Assembly (NCBI RefSeq): GCF_001194135.2
Contig: NC_068992.1
Location: forward strand, 48,963,845-49,024,524
DNA length: 60,680 nucleotides
Source of the DNA: Octopus bimaculoides
Lineage: Eukaryota
Reading direction: 5' to 3'
Position numbers and translations under genes: made by a program. The notes beneath the pieces were generated by a model. It was given only the letters and a program-made list of their open reading frames with translations, was not told where the DNA came from and searched no databases. Each line of letters opens with the position of its first letter. Within the stretch, counting starts at the first letter, position 1. This document shows, piece by piece, positions 41,389-55,356 of the stretch.

Positions 41389-41508
41389 CTGGATGAATAA
41401 GAGAAGAAAGAAAAATTCTTTCTTTATCATTGTTATTATTATTACCGTTTTTATCATCATCTTCATCATCATCTTCATTGTTTTCATGATTATTATTATT
41501 ATTATTAT

Positions 41509-41555
<47 letters not shown>

Positions 41556-41729
41556 TCATCATTGATAGTATCATTTCGAAATCTTATTTACTATTTCCAA
41601 TAACACATGTTCTATACTTACACAAACGCACACAACCATGTGNNNNNNNNNNNNNNNNNNNNNNNNNNNNNNNNGGGGGGGGGGGGGTTACTGACTAGAA
41701 GCGACAAGCAGTGAGTGAGACAAATATAA

Positions 41730-41819
41730 ACTTGGTACCAGTTCAAATACGTTTGAAAGACATTGAGCCCTTCTTAAGGGTTCCAATATCACTCAAATAT
41801 ACTTGAACTGCTACCAAGT
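41730..41819. repeat. Short hairpin or mini-MITE with 27-bp arms
   Basis: acttggtaccagttcaaatacgtttga versus tcaaatatacttgaactgctaccaagt. Confidence 0.7.
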
Positions 41820-42144
41820 AGTATATATACATACACACACATATATATGTGTGCGTATATATATATATATATATATCAAGATGATGCAAAATAACTTACT
41901 ATTTCAAAAACTTGAAAACACCCTCTAATTTTATTTAATTTAGTGCAAAAACTCAAAATTCAAAATTTCAGCACAATTGAAGACATTTTAGAGGTTGCTA
42001 CCGTCCACTGAACATTTTGTATATTGTTATTTTTCAGTTCGTATTTATTGTACATTTCGTGTCTCCTTCTACTGGCCCTGACATGGAATCCTATGATGGA
42101 TGCCTCTTTTGCGTTTAAATGTGTACTGTATTTATATGTAAGTG

Positions 42145-42219
<75 letters not shown>

Positions 42220-43199
42220 ATATATGCATATTTATATGTATATTTATGTATATTTATATATATTCATATATGTGTATGTATATATATANNNNNNNNNNNN
42301 NNNNNNNNNNNNNNNNNNNNNNNNNNNNNNNNNNNNNNNNNNNNNNNNNNNNNNNNNNNNNNNNNNNNNNNNNNNNNNNNNNNNNNNNNNNNNNNNNNNN
42401 NNNNNNNNNNNNNNNNNNNNNNNNNTATACATATATATATGTATATATATGTATATGTATATGTATATGTATATATATGTGTGTCTGTGTATGCATGTAT
42501 GTATGTGTGCATGTATGTATGGTTGCATATAAGCATGTATTTATGTTTGTATGTTTGTATCTATGTATCTATACATGTAAGTAGTGGGTATATTTGTACA
42601 AAAGTCGAATTTTTAGACCAGTTTTCTAAGGTTAAATTTCGAGGGCTACTGATTACACGGACTCTTCTTTTGGTGGTCTGAAACTCAGGTTTCAATTCCA
42701 AGTGCTGCAACAGAAACAGCACCCCGAAATAAGCTCTAATGTGAATAACGAAAAAAGACAATGAATTACAGTTATGATGCTAATAATTCTCCATTATCCG
42801 CATCACTGCACACGTTCTACCAAACAAACGTGACCTTGTTCTTGTTATGAATATTTAATACCTGTTATACTTCTGTCCATCTTAGTTAATCAAATACTAC
42901 GCTGTAATATCATCGAATTCCCATTTATGACGCTGCTGTGTATCCGTATCGTATTTTTATTTCTAATTAAGTACTTCAATACAGTTTAAGGTTGTAAATA
43001 TTAAAACGAAAATGATAAATCCGGTGAATGAAAATAAACTCCTAAGCTTTATTTATGCATACAAAATTGAAGTAGGAAATTTTAAAGCTTTCAATTACAA
43101 CTACATGCTAAAATCTTAATATTTCAAACACGAAAGTTCTTTAAAATCCTGCAAAATCACAGTGCTTATCATCTTCAGCTTTGAATAAACCCTTTTAAT

Positions 43200-44430
43200 C
43201 TTCATAGTGAATGATGATATCGTTGTAGTTGTATAGATTCTTTTCATCATCGTTGTCCGTAATCATGGGTCTCATATTATCTGAGGCTTCTTCATTATCA
43301 TCTTTTCACGGTGATTCGTCTTCTCTGCCATCCATTGCATTTGAAATTCCACATTTCTTGAACGATTTTATAATATCAGCTTTTATTTCCTTTCATGAAC
43401 TAACAATCCACTCAGAGACAGTGATGGACCCCAAATACTACTTCTTTTCGTGTACAAGTTTTCACACATCTTCCTCCTTTTCATCTTCATGATGTTCGTT
43501 TGTATACAGCTTATGGATACTATTATCTAACGATTGTAAAACAGTTATAACTCAACCAGGAATTAACACTGTATCCAGGTCCTCTAATCAAACATAATCA
43601 ACAACACCCTTCTTTATATGTGACTAACACTAATTCCAGATGAGAGAGCACTTTTTCTTCTGTCGTCCACCAGGTTGCAAATTCCAAGCTTCCTTTATCC
43701 ATTTTATAGATCCACTTTCATCCAGCCAGCCTTGTGGTTAAATACGTACAACAATTTCTTTTGGAAATTAAAACCTAGTTTTAATTTAGCATCATCTTCC
43801 ATACACAAAAGTACGAATATGAACCTGTTTTTCTCGTATCCAGTAGTTTTCACTGGTTTCATTTTCTCTCTCATATCAAGTTCATTTTCTTACATGTCAA
43901 AATTAAGACATGTTTCGTTCATGCTTCTAATTTATGAAAACTTGTAGCTTTCTTTTGCTGGTTTCTGACTTCAAATTAATGACACTCTGATATATTTAAT
44001 CATCTCGATCAGCAGATTTTGTACAGTTTTCATTCTCTTCCAAGGTGCTAAATCATTTCATCCCTGAGCCATCCACCATTTGCTTTAAATCTCACAATTC
44101 CGTCTTTCTTTGGTTCCTTTTTCACATAGATTCCGACGCCCTCACAAATTGCAAATTTTCTATGTTAATGATTTTGTAACACCCACTCGGCAACTTTCTT
44201 TGGTTCCTTCTTTGCACAGATTCCCATTGCTTCACGAATTTGATCTTTCTTTCCCAATTGTGGCCTCTTGCAAGTCTGAACTCTATTACCACACTTTATT
44301 ACGTCGTCTAAAGTTTCTTCAATATCTTTCACCGATATCACGAGTTTCTCTGAAACACCAAATTCTTATGCTTCTACATATTTGTCTCCTGGACAATTTC
44401 ACTATATTTTACAATGAATACTACTACATG
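43200..44430 (-). mobile_element. Decayed pogo/Tigger-family transposase (HTH plus DDE_1)
   Basis: Minus frames give EFGVSEKLV, KVAEWVLQ, FKANGGW, SMNETCLNFDM, VKTTGYEKNRFIFVLLCMEDDAKLK, GWM, WNLQPGG and VLIPG*VITVLQSLD, then an acidic tail. Multiple stops. Confidence 0.85.
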
Positions 44431-45627
44431 TTTCTTTTTTTTTTTTTCATTTCGGAAGCATTTTTTTTCATTAAAAATTATTCCCAAAACAATTTTTTTA
44501 TAGTGATTTCCATTTTTCCTGCAACTTATTTCGTTTATATATTTCCTATACCTTGCCTAACATATTCAAATAACCTTCTAAGAATACAAAATTTTAGAGA
44601 TCAAAACTATAATTTCATAAATTTACTTGCAATCATTTATAAATAAATACTGGAGTTCGTAACTTCAATAACTTAGAGATTAGTGTAAACATTGGTACAC
44701 GCAATTAATCTAGCAAAACAAAAATTCGAACAAAGACAGTGACACTTAAAATCATGTGGCTGGATAAGTTGGCTGTTAAGAAAAGTTGTAACGATGCCAA
44801 TTGAAATATTAAGAGAACAACGGGGACGCTGTGCAGGGGGAAATGTAATCGACTCAGACAAACATTTAGAGCCTCATAGACGTGAAGAATGCAACAAATG
44901 AAGCGAAACTAAACAGACGAACTCGGCAACTCAGTTAATGAGTTGAAGAAAAGCAAGGATGTGGATGGAAAGTAGATTTGTGTCATACGTTTGTTATTTT
45001 GAATACCAGAGTTTACAAATGAGAACGCTTCTGACATTAGATATGCATGCCTATATTAAGGACCCCACACAATTCCTCAAACCAGAACCCTTTATATCAA
45101 TATACACTGATAAAGATGTTAAATTATATTTAGCACCAATTGTATGTGAATATTAAAACGCTGTATATATAGCGCACAGTTAACACATAAACACAATGCG
45201 TACAATATCAGACTTCCACTTTCATAATATAACGTTTCCAAAACACTACACCTTATTAAAAATAAATCTATAACAAATTCATAAACCATTCAATCCAGAC
45301 ACTTATTCATATACATCATTACTTTTAAAGTCATTTTAATGGCTACAGATTGTTGTAACATTTTACTAATCTACGTGTAGACACAAATATAGTCTTATAT
45401 ATATTAATCATCAACTAAATTTAGAATCCCAATTAAATGTTCTTCAAGTCATTCCTCAAACCTTGCAACTCAAACTCAGCCGTTACAAACTTCACTGGGC
45501 AATTCTTACGCATAACCCAGACGGTGCGTCAGTGGGTCCCTATTTAGGACCTGACGTTGCTAGATTATATGTATTATGTAGAAAATATTGTTCTGAATAT
45601 GCGACATTCAACGTATTCTCTTTCTAC

Positions 45628-45745
45628 CTAACGGATTTAAAGGCAAAGTCGGCCACGACAGAATTTAAACTCAGAATGTAAGGACGGACGAAACGCTGCT
45701 AAGCATTTTACCCGACGTCCTAACAATTTTGCCAGTTTGACGCCT
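45628..45745 (-). mobile_element. Family C SINE, 5' part
   Basis: aaggcaaagtcggccacgacagaatttaaactcagaatgtaaggacggacgaaacgctgctaagcatttt...gccag. Confidence 0.7.
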
Positions 45746-46159
45746 TATGTTATATATTATATATTATAAAGAATCCTATATGTGTGCGTGTGTGTATAAG
45801 TATATATACATACATACACACACATTTATATATATATATATATGCATATGATTGTGTGTACTGTACGTATGTGTTTGTGTGTGCCATTGTTTATGTATAT
45901 GTGTGTGCGCGTATGATGCGGGTTATATTCAAAGAAATGTTAAATTGATGTAGTACTGAAAACACTTTCTTTTAACAATCTCAATCAATTTATTCCTATC
46001 GTTTTTTTTTTTTTTTCACAAGAGACTAACGTCGTGGTTTCGAATTACTTATAAACCCTTTGAATTATCAGTTGACTNNNNNNNNNNATGAACATACATA
46101 CATACATACATACATACATACATACATACATACATACATACATACATACATACATACAT

Positions 46160-46381
46160 ACACGTCTGTCTCTGTGTTTGTCTCACCACCATCGCTTGAC
46201 AATCGATGCTGGTATGTGTATATGTCCCTGTAACTTAGCGGTTCGGTATAAAAGACCGATAGAATATGTACTAGGTTTACAAAGAATAGGTCCTGAGGCC
46301 GATTTGGTCGACTAAAACCCTTTAAGGCAGTGCTCCAGCATGGCCACAGTCAAATGACTAAAACAAGTAAAAAATAAAAGA
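46160..46381 (+). mobile_element. 5'-truncated family A SINE
   Basis: Matches the 3' half of 17569-17974 (catcgcttgacaa...gtgctccagcatggcc...aaacaagtaaaa). Confidence 0.8.
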
Positions 46382-47211
46382 ATATATATGTATGTATAAA
46401 TGTATATGTATGTATGAATTTGTGTGTGTATATATATATACATACGCGTGTGTGTGCGTGCATGTGTGTGTAGGTATATATGTATGTATCATATAATTAC
46501 TTCTAAATTAGTATTATTAAATTGTAGAAATAATTTTACATTGAAATTTCTCATAAATATAGAAAAACATTTAAACATTTCAATAGCAAATAACCCACTA
46601 ATTATATTCACTTTTCCTATAATCTAATACGCATAATTTTTCTAAAAATCTGTTTAGCATATTTAATGGATAGATAACTAATTGTCATGATGTAGAATTT
46701 CTATGTTGATCTTTTATACTTTCGTTATCTACTGACGTCATCAAATGTTAAATACCAAACTGGTTTTTCTTAGAATATTTTATTTCATCTTAAGGTTCTT
46801 TGTAAGCGTTCATCTATTCGAGTTATTTTCTTAGTTCACTTTGAATTTAGTCCATTTTGGATTGCCATGATAACGTTGTGTTAGCATATATTTTCAGATA
46901 TATTAATTCCACTGGTATTTTGTACCTTTTTCTGTATCTAAATATACTGGCACAATAGAAACGATTGTCCGTAATGTATGGTGTAACCACCAATTAAAGA
47001 TGTGATTTTCTCCATTCTTCTTCTTATTGTCTTACACTCTGAATTTCTTGAAATTCTTCTAAGCGATATTTAGATTTAATTCTCATACATAATGAATTAT
47101 CGTGAATTTATTGGTATCGGATTGTTACACATAGTTAACCAAATTCGTTTATTACAATGAATGCTTTCTAGATATCTGCCTAGATTTATTAACCTCTTTT
47201 ACTTCTTACAT

Positions 47212-47259
<48 letters not shown>

Positions 47260-47619
47260 NNNNNNNNNNNNNNNNNNNNNNNNNNNNNNNNNNNNNNNNN
47301 NNNNNNNNNNNNNNNNNNNNNNNNNNNNNNNNNNNNNNNNNNNNNNNNNNNNNNNNNNNNNNNNNNNNNNNNNNNNNNNNNNNNNNNNNNNNNNNNNNNN
47401 NNNNNNNNNNNNNNNNNNNNNNNNNNNNNNNNNNNNNNNNNNNNNNNNNNNNNNNNNNNNNNNNNNNNNNNNNNNNNNNNNNNNNNNNNNNNNNNNNNNN
47501 NNNNNNNNNNNNNNNNNNNNNNNNNNNNNNNNNNNNNNNNNNNNNNNNNNNNNNNNNNNNNNNNNNNNNNNNNNNNNNNNNNNNNNNNNNNNNNNNNNNN
47601 NNNNAAGTTTGATTCAGTT

Positions 47620-47750
47620 CTATAACATTATTTCTGCTGATATACCCTCCAGCCTTCATTGGGGAAATTTCGAACCTGGATTCTCATTCCTAAGGTATTT
47701 TTTGATGTTATCATTATTATTATTATTGTTATTATTATTATTATTATTAA

Positions 47751-47788
<38 letters not shown>

Positions 47789-47856
47789 TCACTGCCTGGA
47801 ATCGAACTCGGAATCTTGGGGTTAGTAACCCGCGCTCCTAACCACCACGCCATATG
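47620..47856 (-). mobile_element. Short tRNA-headed SINE with internal (TAA)n and a hammerhead-like remnant at its 3' end
   Basis: Head ggcatatggcgtggtggttagg...gagttcgattccagg (A and B boxes) at 47856-47786, (TAA)n at 47785-47710, then a unique tail. The anticodon arm is not canonical, so it is not called a tRNA gene. Confidence 0.65.
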
Positions 47857-47864
47857 CCACGGGC

Positions 47865-48150
47865 ATGGTACTCTCCACGATCTTTACCGGTCTATAGTGA
47901 AACCAAAGTCTTCGTCACTATTGCCTATAGCCTTCCGTATTGCATAATCCAATACAGTTGCAAACAGGTAAGGTGCAAGCGGATCTCCTTATAGCACCTT
48001 AGCTAGTATTTGAAAGAATTCCATTTCTCCGTCAGATGACAACACACGGGTTCTGGTCTTCTCATAGGTTTTTGTAATGGCGAGAACTAGTTCTTCTGGA
48101 ATGCCATATGTCTGTATTTGTCACTCATTACCGCTTGACAAATGCTTTTG
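47865..48150 (-). mobile_element. RTE-clade LINE reverse-transcriptase fragment
   Basis: Minus frame YGIPEELVLAITKTYEKTRTRVLSSDGEMEFFQILAKVL*GDPLAPYLFATVLDYAIRKAIG...GFTIDR, matching the GVLQGDTLAPYLF RT motif. Confidence 0.85.
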
Positions 48151-48159
48151 GTATACTTA

Positions 48160-48390
48160 AATTCTTGTAACACAGCGGTTCGGCAAAGACGCCGATAAAA
48201 TAATAGAAGGCTTTAAAATGAAATAAGTATTGGGTTCGACTCGCTCGACTAAAGTTCTTGAAAGTGGTGCCCCAGCATGGCCGCGGTCTAATAACTGAAA
48301 CAAATATAATAACTGAGAAACATGATCTACTACGCCACCGGTTCGGTCAATGGCTTCTGTGTGAATTTGGTAGACAGAAATTGTTTGAAA
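48160..48390 (+). mobile_element. Rearranged family A SINE fragments
   Basis: The 3' segment (cttgtaacacagcggttcggcaaa...ccagcatggccgc) lies before a more 5' segment (tgtgtgaatttggtagacagaaa). Confidence 0.6.
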
Positions 48391-48544
48391 ATCATCTTTA
48401 GAACTATAGAGCTTCACTCAGAAAATAAAATAAATATATAACAAACACAACGACATTTATATAAAGATTGAGAGTCGTGAATTACTGACAAATGTACCAG
48501 TACAGCGTGATTATTAATAAATGTTCAGAAGCCATATATATATA

Positions 48545-49385
48545 TTATATGGGAAAAGCGAGCAAAAGAAATAATATTCTTAAGATTATAAAGCTGGAAA
48601 AATTCAGGACAAGTTATTACATCTTGTAAAGTACAGAACAAGAAAATTTTTACTTAAAATATTGCAGCTAAGGATAAAATTTCAAATGAAATATTTAGAT
48701 TTAGAAAATATTAGCTTTTATTAGAACTAAAACTTTTATTACAAGTTATTTCTATTTATTATTACTTGTTACTTCTATTAAAAATTAAAAATAACTCAAT
48801 TAAAATATCTTTTGTGCATTAAAAAAATTCATTTTTTTGATTATCGATTAATAATTAGAAATTTAAAAATAGGTTATTAAAGATAAAAGTCTTACATAAT
48901 TAGTTAGCACAATAAATAGAATAATACAAAAATTATTCTACCTAAGCAACAAATTCACAGTAAAATTTGCTTGAGTTATTGCCTAAGTTATTGCCAAGTC
49001 TTCACATTTTTAGTTTTGACACAATGCCTATTTTTACATAATGAATTTGCCTACCATATATACTATTCTACTTTGCATAAAACTTAGCTATATTGGCACT
49101 TCTGACTCTCCTTTTTTTAAGTATTCTAGTGTGTTAGTACTCTAACAAAATGATCTTACCTTTTTTAATTATAATGTTACTTTGTAAATTCAAATCAAAT
49201 AATTTTTAATATTCAAATTTTATCCTTAGCTGCAATATTTTAAGTAAAACTTTTCTTGTTCTGTACTTTACCAGATGTGATAACTTGTCCTGAACTCTTC
49301 CAAGTGTAATAACTTGCCAGGTACTTTTCCAGATTTATTATCTCAAGAATATTATTTCTCTTGCTTGCATTTTTCCATGTAATTC
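48545..49385. mobile_element. Fold-back/long-TIR non-autonomous element
   Basis: 48545-48685 is the reverse complement of about 49213-49382 (shared core ttcaggacaagttat...gtacagaacaagaaaa...aaaatattgcagctaaggataa). The right arm has an extra duplicated segment. AT-rich interior. Confidence 0.7.
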
Positions 49386-49730
49386 ATGTTTTTTTTCCAG
49401 GCTATGCTATTATGCTAATTAATAATATGTCAGTTAATAATTTAAGATTTTACCTTATTGAAAATTAAATAATAAATTTAAAGTGTGTGTTGTGTGTATA
49501 TGTGTGAGAGAGAGAAGGTGTGTTGTTGTTGTCATTGTTGTGTGTGTGTGTCTGTGTGTCTATGTGTGTGTGTGAGGGGTCGAGAGAGTGACAGCGTACA
49601 TTTTTTTATATCTATTTTTCTCGCATCTTTTTTGAGTGTGTGAGTGACCGAAAGAGAGAGGGAGGTATGTGTTGTCAGACAGAGAGAGTGGGTGTATACA
49701 CATATATACACATGCACTTATATGTACATA

Positions 49731-49781
<51 letters not shown>

Positions 49782-50320
49782 CACATATATACATATGCAC
49801 ACACACACACACATATATATATATACATATACATACATATATATAATGTATGTATGTATGCATGTATGTATATATGTATGTATTAGCCATGAAAATAATA
49901 CGAAGGGCGAAGGACGATATAATTCATTTAGAAAGAAAGAAATTTGTCTTAGCGTTTTAGATGCAAATACTTCATGTTGAGAAAGAATATGAACGAAGAT
50001 AAAATAGAGGAGGGAAAAATTCATTAATTTCTTCCTTACATTTTTATGCTATTTTCGTTTTGTTTTCTCTTTTTTCTTAATCCGCTTCTTCTCTCTTCTG
50101 ATAAAAGATTTTCATCCGAATCGTTAATACAGTTTTATTTCTATCTTCCTGATTGTAAAGCTAATTGTAAAAATATTTTATCTTATTAATTTTTGCCTTA
50201 TTATTTTCATGGTTTGATCGGTCAGCCTCCATCAATTACACGCTAATTCTTGAATTTAATGGCCCATCGGATTGTCACATTGCACTAGACTGTGTGTGTA
50301 CATATATGTCTGTGCTTGTA

Positions 50321-50391
<71 letters not shown>

Positions 50392-50751
50392 NNNNNNNNN
50401 NNNNNNNNNNNNNNNNNNNNNNNNNNNNNNNNNNNNNNNNNNNNNNNNNNNNNNNNNNNNNNNNNNNNNNNNNNNNNNNNNNNNNNNNNNNNNNNNNNNN
50501 NNNNNNNNNNNNNNNNNNNNNNNNNNNNNNNNNNNNNNNNNNNNNNNNNNNNNNNNNNNNNNNNNNNNNNNNNNNNNNNNNNNNNNNNNNNNNNNNNNNN
50601 NNNNNNNNNNNNNNNNNNNNNNNNNNNNNNNNNNNNNNNNNNNNNNNNNNNNNNNNNNNNNNNNNNNNNNNNNNNNNNNNNNNNNNNNNNNNNNNNNNNN
50701 NNNNNNNNNNNNNNNNNNNNNNNNNNNNNNNNNNNNNNNNNNNNNNNNNAT

Positions 50752-50784
<33 letters not shown>

Positions 50785-51363
50785 CATACATATGCATTAA
50801 TCTCTGATATATTTCTCTTTTCTATGTGTGCGACAAAAAAGAACTTTAATTCATGAACATATGTTTGTATTGTTCTTCTCAACAGATCAATCAAACCATT
50901 GATTAAAAAAAAACACAAATATGTTGTAGTTTTCTTGCAACCAACGTTACATATATTTTTTAAAATTTTATTATGTTTAATGTTGAATTATATGTGTTCG
51001 CTTGAACACAGAAAGAAATATACTACAGAAATTGTAGACAATATGTGAGAAAGAAACACATCATTAGCCTATGAATGATGTCATATTGCCTATAAGGAGA
51101 ATTTTTTTCTCTCACAACAATTCTTGTAGTGTATGTCTTTTCATGTTTCAATGCGCACAAACATAGTAAATGTATTTTATGCAACGTTGTTTAGTTCGCC
51201 TCATATTAATTGTAATGTTACTTTTGCTAATGTTGTAATTGCAAAAACGCATTATTTTATAAAGCACATTTTGTACCCACATGGTTTGTTACTACACGTG
51301 TTTTTGACTAATTTGAATTGAAGCACCACTCAGATCGGGAGAGGTATATTTTCAATTGATACG

Positions 51364-51740
51364 CTTTTACGCTTTTACTTGTTTCAGTCTGACTGTGGCC
51401 ATGCTGGAGCACCACTATTAGTCGAGCAAATCGACCCCAGGACTTATTCTTTGTAAAGCCTATTACTTACTTTATCGGGCTCTCTTGCCGAACCGCTAAG
51501 TTACAGGGACGTAAACACATCAGCATCAGTTGTCAAGCGATGTTAGGGGGACAAACACAGACACACAAACATATATACACACATACATATAGATACATAT
51601 ATACGACGGGCTTCTTTCAGTTTCCGTCTACCAAATCCACTCACAAGGCTTTGGTCGGCCCGAGGCTATAGTAGAATACACTTGCCCAAGATGTCACGCA
51701 GTGGGACTGAACCCGGGACCACACAGCCACTCCTTCGCCT
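51364..51740 (-). mobile_element. tRNA-derived SINE, family A
   Basis: Near full-length reverse-complement copy of 17569-17974 with a small internal deletion. Confidence 0.85.
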
Positions 51741-51962
51741 ACAAATATATTTTTATATGTTTCTGCGAATTCTTATTTTCTACAGTTTTCACCTTTAAAC
51801 AATATGCACTTTTCAAATTTAGAGGTAAAGCATATATTTAAATATTTATTTTATTGAACCCCAGAGGGTTAAGAAGAAAGTCTTTACTCGAGATCTATGT
51901 CACACCATTTATCACTCCGTCACTGCAAACATACTACAGCAATTAATACTAAATATACATAC

Positions 51963-52072
51963 TTATCATAAAGACAAATATCAGGAATCCATATCATGTC
52001 TTCTGGCAAGACAATTGATTCAATTCCATTGTATTCAGAGACATTCCAGGCTAGGTTGCAATCTTTCCACTG
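51963..52072 (-). CDS. nAChR internal exon, 110 bp: QWKDCNLAWNVSEYNGIESIVLPEDMIWIPDICLYD+2 nt (loop A)
   Basis: Acceptor ttgcag ending at 52073, donor gtatgt at 51962. Size, phase-2 end and the W-x-D-x-x-L-x-W...IWxPDIxLY motif match the conserved 110-bp nAChR exon. Lies within ORF 51920..52153. Confidence 0.95.
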
Positions 52073-52232
52073 CTGCAACGAAAAATTGGGCAAAGATAAT
52101 TCTACGTCTATAATTCTGTGTGCGTGTGTTTGTGTGTTTGTGCGTGTGTGCATGTGTGTGTATGTGTGTGTGTGTCCGTGCGTATGTGCTTGCCTACATA
52201 TATGCGCATGAGATAGCCAGACAGATAGGTAA

Positions 52233-52294
<62 letters not shown>

Positions 52295-53133
52295 TAATTC
52301 GTTTTACAAATATGTATGTGGTATATGTATATATAGATATNNNNNNNNNNNNNNNNNNNNNNNNNNNNNNNNNNNNNNNNNNNNNNNNNNNNNNNNNNNN
52401 NNNNNNNNNNNNNNNNNNNNNNNNNNNNNNNNNNNNNNNNNNNNNNNNNNNNNNNNNNNNNNNNNNNNNNNNNNNNNNNNNNNNNNNNNNNNNNNNNNNN
52501 NNNNNNNNNNNNNNNNNNNNNNNNNNNNNNNNNNNNNNNNNNNNNNNNNNNNNNNNNNNNNNNNNNNNNNNNNNNNNNNNNNNNNNNNNNNNNNNNNNNN
52601 NNNNNNNNNNNNNNNNNNNNNNNNNNNNNNNNNNNCAAATGTATATTTATATATGTATGCACACGTGTTTGTGTTTTATACATGTGGATGTGTGCGTGTG
52701 CGTGTGAGAAAGAGCGCGTGTGCATGAGTATGTTAAAAAGTGGTCAACACCTGTCTGGAGGACCATAGAATGGGTTCAGAACACAGCTAAGGACCAGTTT
52801 TAAGGAGGAGCAACATAAAACATCACTGCTTGTTTTTCACTTTAGTCGTCTGGTTGTAGAAAGGGAGTATTTTGGTATTTCACTCTGTTTACAAATTTTT
52901 GGTTCATCATGCTGGTGGAGCTTAGTGGTTGCAATGAAGATTTTTTCTACCAATGCATTTTTGAAATATAATATAAATATCTTTATGACTTGTTTATTGG
53001 GGGATCAGAAACAAATTTACTATTTATGTGTGCGTGCATGTTGTGTGTGTGTGTATGTGTGTGTCTGTGTCTGTTTCAGTGTGTCTGTGTGTGTGTGTGT
53101 GTGTGTCTCCGTATGTGTGTGTGTGTGTGTGTC

Positions 53134-53174
<41 letters not shown>

Positions 53175-53615
53175 GAATACATTAAATGAAAGTTATGAAT
53201 TGTCTATAGATGTTCGTAATGAGGGGATGTGAGAAAGAAAATATAGAATAACAAGAGATAGATGGAGGATGGGATATAGTTACATAGTGCAGAAGGAAAG
53301 GGTGAAGAAAGAATGAAAAGGTATAGACTAAGGTATAGTTTGGTGGGTTTGTATACTGGGTTGCATTTGGTTATGAAATCAAAGTTAGATTTTTATTTAC
53401 TATGATCTGCCTTTCATCCTTTTTGGATCGTTAAAATAAAGTACCAATTGAGCGCTGGACTCAATGAAATCAACTAACCCCTCTCGTTTCAAGATTATTG
53501 ACTTGGTGTCTATATTAGGAACAACTATTTGGAATCAGCCTAACATGTATGGAAACACAAGTAATCAGAGAGGTTAGATTTGTGTACAAGCACTTGTCAA
53601 AGATGGATCAAGTTT

Positions 53616-53655
<40 letters not shown>

Positions 53656-55356
53656 ATGAAAGAAAGATAAAAAGAAAGAAAGAGATCCTTGATGTAAAGA
53701 TTATGGATTTGTGAAACAGGTTTTCCTAGTTCAACTAATAAATGTAAGCCTTACTTTTAACCAAATTCCATCTCCTTACGGGTTGAAAATGTCCTTACTA
53801 AATCCACCCGTGTCTCAGCATTGGAAGTATTTATACTATACATCCTTAGATTGTACACAAAGAAATTATGGGTTACACTGGTGTTTCTTGTTGTTGTAGA
53901 CTATAACAGATAAACACTTTTATGAAAGAAATGACAATGGATTTTGTGACAACATGAACATAAGCACTGACTGTCTCCTTGGTGTATTCCTTTCCAAATA
54001 TTCATGACATCAAGGACAATCATTCTGCTTCTGGATACAGGTGTGAGGATTATCGATCAAGTGTTTCTGAACCTTTCAGCGGCAGTGCCTAGAGCTGTAG
54101 GTACTTTCGTCAAGAGCAGCCATGATCGGGTGTAGAATCGAGTGCTTTTCCTACTTCAGTTCAGTACAAAGCCTGCATAATCATTACTTACATCTTTGTT
54201 GAATTGGCAACTGCCTGAGACAAATTCGTTGAGACAGCTTGAGTAAAGTTATAATAATGTTTAGACAAAGCAGAGAGTTTATATTTTTCTGCCAAAATCA
54301 GCTGCAAGATTCGTCCGTGCTATGGAAAACCAACTGATATGTCAATCTGACCTTCCATATTTATTTGGAATATCCACATCAATAACTTTCTGTACCTGTA
54401 TCCAACTATCGATCTTTTCCCGGTGCCTTCTCATTATGCAACTTTCCTTTAGCTTTGGTGAATATAGAAGTTATATTGTTGATGTTGTTATAGTATTCTT
54501 TCTTGAATATAACGAGCTATGATATTAGCCATGATACATTCTAACTGAAATCTCTCTTTTTATTACAGATCTTAGACCAGAATTATTTTAATTTTTCCCA
54601 AGAATGGGTTCTTTTTGCGAAGATATTGTTTTTATTCATCCACTGGTGTACAGCATCTGATTCAAAAGCAAATTCTTATTACTAGCAAATCTTTCCAAAA
54701 ATGAAGTTTTTCACTGAACGTTTTAAGTTTGTGTTTTGAAAATCTTTGTTTCCCCTCAAAAATTTGGAAAGTAGAATTTCTGCACATTTTGTCAATTTTT
54801 TTTTTTTATAATATGTACTTGTGCTGTGAATTTATTATTCACTTTACACTTTAAGATGGTATTTAAATGTCCGATTCTGCGGTGCATATTGTTTATGTTT
54901 TCTTTTATTTATATTATTCCCCGGGACTGCTTACGTTGAGTTTCTCATTACGAAGCGCCCTGAAGGTATCTCCAAGGTGTTTTTCCACTGTGACAGCAGC
55001 TGTATACAAGCGGTTATTGATAATTCAATACATATCACATATTTTTTTAAATAGTCAACTGCGATATCGCCTGTAACGTTTAACATGAGAATAGATGAGG
55101 TTTTTTCCCTACTCTCGCCAAAAACGATCTGTTGTTTAATGATAGCTTAGAAAAAATGAAAAATTATTTTCAAACTGCAATTTTAAATTGGCTTTAAAAT
55201 GCATATATCTTACAGTTATCTCTGACGAATCAGTTTCATACGAAGATATACGTTTACAAAAATGAGTACACCCCTAGCAGTTGTATTCATTTTCTTCAAT
55301 TTTTTTTTTTTTTTTATAAATAAATTTCTGTTAGAAACTGTTATGGTGTTGCTGTT

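Noticed and set aside
49880-50024. ORF start MNFSLLYFIFVHILSQHEVFASKTLRQISFFLNELYRPSPF, resembling a signal peptide plus nAChR N-terminus
   Set aside because: It lies downstream of two ligand-binding exons on the same strand, has no phase-2 donor to join the 41388 exon, and runs into a microsatellite. Probably chance.
53749-53800. Minus-strand GIWLK followed by gtaagg
   Set aside because: An in-frame stop lies a few codons upstream and there is no suitable acceptor.
54192-54320. Minus-strand stop-free stretch ending in a GTAAGT donor
   Set aside because: No Cys-loop similarity. The 45- and 110-bp exons already join with correct W-x4-W spacing, leaving no room for it.
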